This document shows, piece by piece, positions 57,170 through 64,000 of a DNA stretch of 64,000 bases; positions within the stretch are counted from its first letter, which is position 1; every line of letters starts with the position of its first letter. Below the pieces are notes generated by a model, which saw nothing but the letters and a program-made list of their open reading frames with translations, did not search any database and was not told the origin of the DNA. Source of the DNA: Rhizobiaceae bacterium (GTDB lineage Bacteria > Pseudomonadota > Alphaproteobacteria > Rhizobiales > Rhizobiaceae); the NCBI GenBank assembly GCA_965230715.1, contig CBDDLK010000001.1, positions 2,738,656 to 2,802,655 of the forward strand. Direction: 5' to 3'. Both the position numbers and the translations under genes were made by a program.

Positions 57170-58317
57170 CAGCGCATCCCCAACTCGCGGGCAATGATAC
57201 CACGCAGGATTTCGGTCGTTCCGCCTCGCAGCGTGTTCGACGGTAAGGTCAGGATCGCATCGCGTAGCAATCGTGAGAACCCCTCGGGCAGTTCGCTGGT
57301 AGCTACCCCGGACAGAATGGACCTGAGCCTGTGAAGAACATCCGCTTCGGCTCGATTCCCAATCTCTTTGACCAACGCGGCTTCGGTTGCTGGGTTGTCA
57401 CCGGACTGCAGCCGCTGCGTGATACCCAAAGACATGCGACGCAGGACACGCAGATTTGCGATGATCCCACCAAGCTCGGCGGCGCGTCGATCATCAATAT
57501 TAGCAACGATCGTGGGAAGTGCAGCGTCCAGAACGGCCAGTGTGGTTAAAAACCGTTCGGGGCCCGACCGCTCCAACGTCAACTCTCCCATGCATTGCGC
57601 CCAACCGTTGCCTGCCTGCCCCAACAGAGCTTCTTCGGGTAACGCAACTTCCTCAAAAACGGTTTCGTTGAAATGCGGAGTTCCACCCAAATCCTCGATT
57701 CCAGATATGTGCACGCCCGGCAAGGACAGATCGACCAGAAACTGTGAGAGACCGACCTGACGGTTACGCCCCTCGGTCGGTGAGGTGCGGGCCAGAACGA
57801 TCATGTAGTTGCTGAAATGGGCGCCCGTCGACCAGATCTTACGCCCAGACAGACACCAACCCGCTGCCGTTCGCTTAGCAGAGGTTTTGACCGCTGCCAG
57901 ATCCGATCCCGCCTGTGGCTCGCTCATGCCAATGGCGGTAAAACACTCTCCCTTGGCAATGCGCGGCAGGATATCCCGTTTTTGTTGCTCGGTGCCAAAG
58001 CGCAGGATTTGCGACCCTGTTTGGCGGTCGGCAATCCAATGCGCTGCCACCGGTGCGCCCGCTGCCAGCACTTCTTCTGTCACAATATAACGGTGCAGGA
58101 CGGGGCGCTCCGCGCCGCCATATTGCTTTGGCCAGGTCATCCCCAACCAGCCGCGCGCTCCCATTTTCTGACTGAACTCTGGCGAAGCCGCAGAAACCCA
58201 GCAATCTGCCGAGGGTGTAAAACCGCCCTCGCGCCGCTCCTGATCCAGAAACTCGCGCACCTCAGCGCGCAGATTTAAGCAGGCTTCGTCGAAATCTACC
58301 TTTGGAAACCGAAACAT
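57169..58317 (-). CDS. acyl-CoA dehydrogenase (382 aa), partner of the downstream short ACAD
   Basis: It has GMSEPQAGSDL and the typical ACAD length. Confidence 0.9.
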   Translation of the reverse strand: MFRFPKVDFDEACLNLRAEVREFLDQERREGGFTPSADCWVSAASPEFSQKMGARGWLGMTWPKQYGGAERPVLHRYIVTEEVLAAGAPVAAHWIADRQTGSQILRFGTEQQKRDILPRIAKGECFTAIGMSEPQAGSDLAAVKTSAKRTAAGWCLSGRKIWSTGAHFSNYMIVLARTSPTEGRNRQVGLSQFLVDLSLPGVHISGIEDLGGTPHFNETVFEEVALPEEALLGQAGNGWAQCMGELTLERSGPERFLTTLAVLDAALPTIVANIDDRRAAELGGIIANLRVLRRMSLGITQRLQSGDNPATEAALVKEIGNRAEADVLHRLRSILSGVATSELPEGFSRLLRDAILTLPSNTLRGGTTEILRGIIARELGMR

Positions 58318-58323
58318 GAGAGG

Positions 58324-59106
58324 TCAGGTACCCGTCCAATTGGGAGAACGTTTCTCGGCAAAGGCCCGCGCACCTTCTTTGGCGTCGTTCGAGTTAAAAA
58401 CAGGATCTCGGTAGGCCTCTTGCCGGTCGAACATCTCTCCTGTTGGCCAATCCCGACTTTCCATAACGATTTCCTTGGCAGTCAGAATCGAAAGCGGTGC
58501 ATTTGCTGTGATCCGACGCGCCATCGCCTTGGCGGCCTTGAGCGCAGTGCCGTCATCGACCACTTCGTTGATCAGGCCAAGTTCATAGGCGCGATCCGAC
58601 CCCATCATATCACCGGTAAGCGCCAGTTCCATGGCAACGCGTTGTGGCATTTGGCGTGGCAGGCGCATCAGCCCCCCGCCCACGGCGGCCAAACCGCGTT
58701 TAACTTCGGGCAGACCGAACTTGGCGCCCTTTGCCGCTACGATCATGTCACATGCCAAGGCTGCTTCGAAACCGCCCGCCAGCGCATAGCCTTCAACCGC
58801 GGCGATAATCGGTTTTTTCGGAGGCTTGATGGTTAAGCCTAGAAATCCACGTCCCGGTATACTTGGGCGCTCGCCGTCCAGGAATTTTTTCAGATCCATG
58901 CCTGCGCAGAAAGTATTGTTCGCACCGGTAATAATCGCAACGCGCAGTTCTGGCGTTGCGTCCAAACGATCAAGCGCGTCCGCAATAATCTGCGACGCAG
59001 CCAAGGTGGCTGCGTTGCGGGCTTCAGGCCGGTCGAGTGTCAGGACAAGAATGCCGTCTTCTTCGGTGACCACTACGTCGGGTTTTTCCAATATTCTTTC
59101 CTCCAC
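58324..59106 (-). CDS. enoyl-CoA hydratase/isomerase family
   Basis: It has FCAGMDL and GYALAGGFEAA segments. Confidence 0.88.
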   Translation of the reverse strand: MEERILEKPDVVVTEEDGILVLTLDRPEARNAATLAASQIIADALDRLDATPELRVAIITGANNTFCAGMDLKKFLDGERPSIPGRGFLGLTIKPPKKPIIAAVEGYALAGGFEAALACDMIVAAKGAKFGLPEVKRGLAAVGGGLMRLPRQMPQRVAMELALTGDMMGSDRAYELGLINEVVDDGTALKAAKAMARRITANAPLSILTAKEIVMESRDWPTGEMFDRQEAYRDPVFNSNDAKEGARAFAEKRSPNWTGT

Positions 59107-59121
59107 TGAGCCGAGAAAACG

Positions 59122-59886
59122 TTACCGGGGAGCCATGCGGATCGCCCCATCGATCCGGATAGTTTCGCCGTTCATGTAACCATTTTCGAGAAGATGGGTT
59201 GCAAGCGAGGCAAATTCGCCCGGATCGCCCAGCCGGGCCGGATTCGGAACAGTACGTGCCAAAGATTGACGCACCTCTTCGTTCAGACGTGCCAGCAGCG
59301 GCGTGTCAAAGATACCCGGCGCAATGGTGTTGACGCGTATATTCTTCGAAGCCAAATCTCGGGCCGCAACGATGGTCATGCCCACGACACCGGCTTTTGA
59401 GGATGAATAAGGGATTTGGCCAATTTGACCTTCAAAAGCCGCAACAGAAGCGGTCATGACAACAGCACCCCGATCACCATCCAAAGGCTCATTCTTGGCC
59501 ATTGCGGCTGCAGAAAGGCGCAGCACATTAAAAGACCCGATCAAGTTTGTGTTGATCACCCGAGTGTAACCTTCAAGCGACCCAGGAGAGCCATCCTTTT
59601 CCAGGATACGCACAGCGCCGCCGTGTCCTGCGCAGTGAATTGTCGCGCGCAGCGGACCGCGGGCACTGGCCGCCTCAACAGCGGCCTGCATCTGCTCGGG
59701 ATTGGTGACATCTGCAGCAACAAATTGCACGGCCGCGCCAAGCTGCTCTGCGATCTCAGCACCATTCGAGCTTTCCAAGTCAACAATAGTGACCTGCGCG
59801 CCCTTGGCGAGCAGCTCTTTTACACAAGAAAGGCCTAGGCCCGAGGCTCCACCGGTGACAAGTGTGGATGCGTTTTCAAGTTTCAT
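59122..59886 (-). CDS. SDR, type II 3-hydroxyacyl-CoA dehydrogenase-like
   Basis: It has TGGASGLG and YSSSKAG, and overall resembles HSD17B10/FadB2-type enzymes. Confidence 0.8.
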   Translation of the reverse strand: MKLENASTLVTGGASGLGLSCVKELLAKGAQVTIVDLESSNGAEIAEQLGAAVQFVAADVTNPEQMQAAVEAASARGPLRATIHCAGHGGAVRILEKDGSPGSLEGYTRVINTNLIGSFNVLRLSAAAMAKNEPLDGDRGAVVMTASVAAFEGQIGQIPYSSSKAGVVGMTIVAARDLASKNIRVNTIAPGIFDTPLLARLNEEVRQSLARTVPNPARLGDPGEFASLATHLLENGYMNGETIRIDGAIRMAPR

Positions 59887-59907
59887 TTCAGCACCTTGCT
59901 TAATTAA

Positions 59908-61104
59908 TTAGTAACGTTCAATGATTGTGGCATTGGCCATGCCGCCAGCTTCGCACATCGTCTGCAAGCCATAGCGCTGATTGTTGCGCTCCATCGCGTT
60001 CAACATCGTCGCCATTAGGCGGACGCCGGATGCCCCCAATGGGTGTCCCAAAGCAATCGCACCACCCGCCGGGTTCAGTTTTTCTGGATCAGAGTCCAGA
60101 TCACGCTGCCAGGCAAGAGGAACAGAAGCAAACGCTTCGTTGACTTCGTGGTGGTCGATGTCGTTGATATTCATCCCGGTCTTTTTCAACAGCCGCTTTG
60201 TCACCGGGATTGGGGCAGTCAGCATTTTGATCGGATCGTCCGCCATCACGTCAAATCCGGCAAACCTGGCGCGCGGCGTCAGGTTCAATGCATTTGCGCG
60301 CTCTTCACTCATGATGAGTGCCATCGCGGCACCATCCGTCAATTGTGAAGAGTTGCCAGCCGTGACGCTCCATTCTATCTCAGGGAAGCGTTCTTTTGTA
60401 ACGTCGTCGTTGAAAGCCGTCCGCAAGTTAGCCAGGCCATCTGCCGTGGTACCAGCACGAATAGTCTCATCGTCGGTTACGGTATGACCGCCATCTTCGG
60501 TATCAACAGTGATGGGCACAATTTCGCTATTGAAGTGCCCTGCCTCGCGGAGTTCTGCCGCCAAGGAGTGCGACCGAGCCGCGTATTCGTCCATTTGGCG
60601 ACGCGAGATGCCCCAACGCGCCGCGATTAATTCGGCCCCGACACCCTGGCTAGTGAAACCGGGCGCATAGCGGGCGTTGGCCGAGGAGCCCATTGGGTCT
60701 TTACCCATACGCGCCGAACCCATGGGCACACGGCTCATCGATTCAATGCCGCCCGCCAAGACGATGTCTTGCATCCCCGACATCACGCTGGCCGCTGCAA
60801 AATGCACCGCCTGCTGTGCGGAACCGCATTTGCGGTCGATTGTTACCGAAGGAACACTTTCTGGGTAACCAGCTCCCAACCATGCCATGCGGCCCGGCGA
60901 ATAAGCTTGCTCACCGCCCTGGCTGACGCAACCGACAATCACATCTGCAACGGATTCTGGATCCAGATCATTGCGATCGACAATTCCTGTGATGACCTGC
61001 CGCAGAAGCTCGACTGGATGCAATGACTCAAAACACCCACCACCGCCCGTTTTTCCCCGCCCCATGGGCGATCGAACGATGTCTACGATAACCGCATTTT
61101 GCAT
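59908..61104 (-). CDS. acetyl-CoA C-acyltransferase (degradative thiolase)
   Basis: It has IVDIVRSPMGRGK, TIDRKCGSAQQA (nucleophile Cys), GHPLGASG and CEAGGMA. Confidence 0.9.
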   Translation of the reverse strand: MQNAVIVDIVRSPMGRGKTGGGGCFESLHPVELLRQVITGIVDRNDLDPESVADVIVGCVSQGGEQAYSPGRMAWLGAGYPESVPSVTIDRKCGSAQQAVHFAAASVMSGMQDIVLAGGIESMSRVPMGSARMGKDPMGSSANARYAPGFTSQGVGAELIAARWGISRRQMDEYAARSHSLAAELREAGHFNSEIVPITVDTEDGGHTVTDDETIRAGTTADGLANLRTAFNDDVTKERFPEIEWSVTAGNSSQLTDGAAMALIMSEERANALNLTPRARFAGFDVMADDPIKMLTAPIPVTKRLLKKTGMNINDIDHHEVNEAFASVPLAWQRDLDSDPEKLNPAGGAIALGHPLGASGVRLMATMLNAMERNNQRYGLQTMCEAGGMANATIIERY

Positions 61105-61149
61105 TTCAGTTCTCCCGAATTCAGCAGTTTCGAGAATAGTGGCATTAAT

Positions 61150-61170
61150 ACTTGTTCAACGCAAGCAAGT
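61150..61170. promoter_or_regulatory. inverted repeat upstream of the thiolase-led operon (candidate TetR operator)
   Basis: ACTTGTT-caacgc-AAGCAAGT has one arm (AACTTGCTT on the other strand) identical to the arm at 51089-51097. Confidence 0.35.
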
Positions 61171-61279
61171 TTTAGGATGTGAAAATACTCTGCTTTCAAC
61201 CGCCTGAGGAGAAACCGGGCCGGTAAATATCACTTGGAGGAAACAATGCGATCTGTCACCAACTCAAACGTTAAGCTCC

Positions 61280-61675
61280 TTGCCCCGCCCAGCCCGAGGT
61301 CTTTTGCTTTACCTGTGCCTTGTCACAACCTTCAGCATCAACTTCACTTTGAGAAAGCGCGGTGTGGAAACCAAAATCCTGATCAATCCGGATAGTCAGA
61401 CCTCAACAGATGCAACCCTTGTCACGAACATAGCCAAGGCCCGGCATTACTACCTTGAGATCAAGAAGGGAAAAACCTTCGAAGACATCGCTCTTGCAGA
61501 AGGCACGTCAAAACGCCGGATCCAGCACATCGCAAGTTATGCATTCCTGTCGCCTTTACAAATCAAACGCATTGTAAAAGGAAAACAACCCGTCAATCTG
61601 ACCTCCCAGTGGCTGAAAGAAAACGCCCTGCCAACTTCATGGCAAGAACAAGAAACCATCTTCCGGGCACTCTAG
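61280..61675 (+). pseudogene. C-terminal remnant of a serine-recombinase (resolvase-family) protein
   Basis: RKRGVETKILI...AKARHYY...FEDIALAEGTSKRRIQHIASYAFLSPLQIKRIVKGKQPVNLT...LPTSWQEQETIF resembles the conserved C-terminal module of alphaproteobacterial recombinase-family proteins. No catalytic N-terminal domain is present. Confidence 0.55.
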
Positions 61676-61901
61676 TGCGAAAACTGTAACCAACAGCATA
61701 TTGTGTCGGAAACTCAGTACAATCTGCCCTAGCTGCCAACACCGCAAACCCAAACTGTCTCCGGCAAATCAACAAACAGAGACGCATACGCTAAAATTGC
61801 AGCAATTGCGGCAGATAAGCCGTCTCTGCAAAACGCCGGATCCGCCAAACGCCCGAAATCAAAAGACATTCAGCCAACAAACATCGCCACACAAAAACAA
61901 G

Positions 61902-61976
61902 GAAAGTGAGTGGCTGGGGTGGTAGGATTCGAACCTACGGTACACGATACCAAAAACCGTTGCCTTACCACTTGGC
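61902..61976 (-). tRNA. tRNA-Gln(UUG): tRNA-Gln (anticodon UUG), CCA encoded
   Basis: I folded the cloverleaf by hand. The acceptor stem is TGGGGTG/CACCCCA, the D arm GCC...GGC, the anticodon stem ACGGT/ATCGT with loop TT-TTG-GT, and the T arm GTAGG-TTCGAAT-CCTAC. The discriminator is G followed by CCA, for 75 nt in total. Confidence 0.9.
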
Positions 61977-61988
61977 TACACCCCAACG

Positions 61989-62017
61989 GTGGCGGTTTCT
62001 ATACCCGCTCTCACCAA
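61989..62017 (-). promoter_or_regulatory. sigma70-like promoter of the tRNA-Gln gene
   Basis: The minus strand reads TTGCAG, 17 nt, TATAGA. The -10 box ends 12 nt before the mature 5' end. Confidence 0.45.
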
Positions 62018-62141
62018 ACCCTGCAAGCATTGGTTTTCAAATTTGTAACGGTTTTTGGGCCGCACCTTGTGGAACCGGTTTCTTGCCGTTAAACAGACTT
62101 GTTCATCCCGCCCTTGCGGGTTCTGCCGACAGGAGAAAACA

Positions 62142-62984
62142 ATGCAGTTCGAAGGTACCTCTTCCTATGTTGCCGCTGATGACCTTACCGTTGCGGTGAA
62201 CGCCGCCATTGCGTTGGAGCGGCCTTTGCTGGTCAAGGGTGAACCGGGCACAGGGAAGACCGAACTTGCCAAACAGGTTGCTTCATCGCTTGGGCTGGAA
62301 CTGATTGAATGGCATGTCAAGTCAACCACAAAAGCCCAGCAGGGCCTTTATGAGTATGACGCGGTTTCGCGCCTTCGCGACAGCCAGTTGGGCGATGAGC
62401 GGGTGCATGATGTAAAGAACTACATTCGCAAGGGAAAATTGTGGGAAGCTTTTGAAGCCGACAAAAAGGTCGTGTTGCTGATCGACGAAATCGACAAGGC
62501 CGACATCGAGTTTCCCAATGACTTGCTGCAGGAACTTGATCGCATGGAGTTTCATGTCTACGAGACAAATGAAACAGTCAAGGCGGCGCAGCGCCCTATT
62601 GTGATCATTACCTCAAACAATGAAAAAGAACTGCCGGACGCCTTTCTGCGCCGCTGTTTTTTCCATTATATCAAGTTTCCCGAGGCAGAGGTGTTGCAAC
62701 AGATCGTTGATGTACATTACCCGGGAATCAAGCAATCGCTGGTTCGCGAAGCGCTGACACAGTTTTATGAATTGCGCGACACGCCCGGCCTGAAAAAGAA
62801 ACCGTCAACCTCGGAGGCGCTTGACTGGATCCGTCTGCTGGTCGCCGATGACGTGGATGCAGCAGACCTGCGCGGCAGTGCGACCGACGCCCTTCCCCGC
62901 CTGCACGGTGCCTTGTTGAAAAACGAGCAGGATGTTCATTTGTTGCAGCGGTTGGCTTTCATGGCAAAGCAACAGGGCCGTTAG
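62142..62984 (+). CDS. MoxR-family AAA+ ATPase
   Basis: It has Walker A GEPGTGKT and Walker B VVLLIDEIDK. AGGAG lies 6 nt before the ATG at 62142. Confidence 0.88.
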   Translation: MQFEGTSSYVAADDLTVAVNAAIALERPLLVKGEPGTGKTELAKQVASSLGLELIEWHVKSTTKAQQGLYEYDAVSRLRDSQLGDERVHDVKNYIRKGKLWEAFEADKKVVLLIDEIDKADIEFPNDLLQELDRMEFHVYETNETVKAAQRPIVIITSNNEKELPDAFLRRCFFHYIKFPEAEVLQQIVDVHYPGIKQSLVREALTQFYELRDTPGLKKKPSTSEALDWIRLLVADDVDAADLRGSATDALPRLHGALLKNEQDVHLLQRLAFMAKQQGR

Positions 62985-63017
62985 GCACCGGGAAGTATTC
63001 TTTGAGTTTCAAATGAT

Positions 63018-63046
63018 TTGACGTGCCTGTTGTGTGGGCCTATATC
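63018..63046 (+). promoter_or_regulatory. sigma70-like promoter of metA
   Basis: TTGACG, 17 nt, TATATC. The predicted start site lies just 5' of the pseudoknot element. Confidence 0.5.
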
Positions 63047-63057
63047 TGGGCCTCATC

Positions 63058-63110
63058 CGTGGTGATTTAGCCAAATTGCAACCACGTTAAACAACTCGCT
63101 AAAGAGGAAG
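63058..63110 (+). promoter_or_regulatory. SAM-II-type (metA motif) riboswitch candidate, H-type pseudoknot abutting the RBS
   Basis: P1 pairs CGTGGT (63058-63063) with ACCACG (63081-63086). Loop TTTAGC (63066-63071) pairs perfectly with the 3' GCTAAA (63098-63103), which runs into AGAGGAAG and the ATG at 63116. Confidence 0.6.
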
Positions 63111-63115
63111 CTGAC

Positions 63116-64000
63116 ATGCCGATACGCATCCCGGACGGGTTGCCTGCCCGCAAAACGCTAGACGCCGAAGGCGTAAGTATTCTGAAAGAAACCGACGCCA
63201 ACCGTCAGGACATCCGTCCGCTACAAATTGGGCTGCTGAATCTGATGCCCAACAAAATCCGGACCGAAACGCAAATTGCCAGACTGATCGGGGCAACCCC
63301 ATTGCAAGTCGAACTGACGCTTGTTCGCGTTGAAAGTCATACCTCAAAAAACACTTCTGCTGACCATCTGATCGATTTTTACAATACCTGGCTGGAAATC
63401 AGGGACCGAAAATTTGACGGGTTCATTATCACTGGCGCACCAATTGAAACCCTGCCCTTTGAAGAAGTCGGTTATTGGAAGGAACTCACCGATATATTGG
63501 ACTGGACCACAACACATGTGCATTCCAGCTTTTTCATTTGCTGGGGCGCAATGGCGGCGGCAGGACACTTCCACGGCATTCCCAAATACAATCTGGAGCA
63601 AAAAGCATTTGGAGTTTACCGACACCGGAACCTGTGCCCTACCTCTCCTTATCTGAGCGGTTTTTCTGACGATTTTCAGATCCCCGTGTCGCGCTGGACC
63701 GAAGTACGTAGCGCTGACATTCGAAAAGTGGATGGTTTGGAAATCCTCATGGAATCAGACATTACCGGCCCATGCCTGTTTCATGAGAAGAAGGGGAACC
63801 GGCTCTATATATTCAATCATATTGAATATGATTCTTCTTCTCTGGCAGAGGAATATGATCGCGACATCAGTCAGGGAACGAAGATAGAAGTTCCCCACAA
63901 TTATTATCCGTCAGACAACCCGAATCTGCCTCCGCAAAACCGCTGGCGCTCTCATGCCCATTTGTTGTTTGGCAACTGGATCAACCAGACCTATCAAACC
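63116..64000 (+). CDS. metA: homoserine O-acyltransferase MetA (succinyl/acetyl), 3' end cut by window edge
   Basis: The frame is open from the ATG at 63116 to the window end, so it is absent from the ORF track. It has [26 protein letters not shown] and the catalytic Cys region [12 protein letters not shown]. Confidence 0.9.
   Translation, partial: MPIRIPDGLPARKTLDAEGVSILKETDANRQDIRPLQIGLLNLMPNKIRTETQIARLIGATPLQVELTLVRVESHTSKNTSADHLIDFYNTWLEIRDRKFDGFIITGAPIETLPFEEVGYWKELTDILDWTTTHVHSSFFICWGAMAAAGHFHGIPKYNLEQKAFGVYRHRNLCPTSPYLSGFSDDFQIPVSRWTEVRSADIRKVDGLEILMESDITGPCLFHEKKGNRLYIFNHIEYDSSSLAEEYDRDISQGTKIEVPHNYYPSDNPNLPPQNRWRSHAHLLFGNWINQTYQT

Noticed and set aside
62142-62984. The MoxR AAA+ ATPase might be part of a defence or chaperone system.
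   Set aside because: No vWA, DUF58 or other partner gene follows it. It is flanked by a tRNA gene and metA, so it reads as a lone housekeeping-type gene.
1-64000. I looked for CRISPR arrays, retron or DGR-type repeats, rRNA genes, phage structural genes, toxin-antitoxin pairs and known defence genes.
   Set aside because: I saw no regularly spaced direct repeats, no reverse transcriptase, and no nuclease, helicase or methylase genes. The only repeated elements are the short operator-like boxes and the paralogous catabolic genes described above.

Overview
This is a 64-kb window of about 50% G+C by eye. It probably comes from an alphaproteobacterium: there is a SAM-II-type pseudoknot in front of metA, three TRAP transporters and an IS427-group IS5 element. 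Positions 1 to about 61.9 kb are a mosaic of catabolic operons. The mosaic ends at a tRNA-Gln(UUG) gene whose 3' end faces a decayed serine-recombinase gene, so this is probably a tRNA-anchored catabolic island. The moxR-like ATPase and metA at 62-64 kb look like core genome. The modules are listed below.

- **(A) 1-13.7 kb:** an alcohol-to-acyl-CoA funnel (GMC oxidoreductase, acyl-CoA synthetase, aldehyde dehydrogenase, TetR) plus a complete class I P450 system. The P450 is co-operonic with a TAXI-TRAP transporter. Ferredoxin and ferredoxin reductase, and an SDR with an esterase, form separate units.
- **(B) 14-30.9 kb:** an uncharacterised module and the best candidate for something new. It contains an HpaB-family oxygenase operon without a reductase, followed by a DUF1185/AA_synth protein and an enamidase-like amidohydrolase. 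It also holds a MarR gene, a DctPQM TRAP operon with a CitE-like lyase and a TauD-like dioxygenase, a crotonase, and a tightly coupled set of feruloyl-CoA-synthase-like ligase, thiolase-like protein, transglutaminase-like protein and ACAD. At its far end is a flavin-reductase domain fused to a LysR effector-binding domain with no HTH.
- **(C) 31-36.4 kb:** two membrane transporters, an Asp-nucleophile alpha/beta hydrolase, an isochorismatase and a GlxA-type regulator.
- **36.5-38.1 kb:** an apparently intact IS with a programmed -1 frameshift, beside an AT-rich islet.
- **(D) 38.2-47 kb:** a gamma-glutamylation-type amino-alcohol operon (TRAP, GS-like, Fe-ADH, ALDH, FGase-like) with an RpiR regulator.
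- **(E) 47.9-61.1 kb:** beta-oxidation operons, including a translationally coupled ACAD pair, and two chimeric pseudogene scars.

I found no CRISPR array, rRNA, phage structural genes or recognisable defence system.
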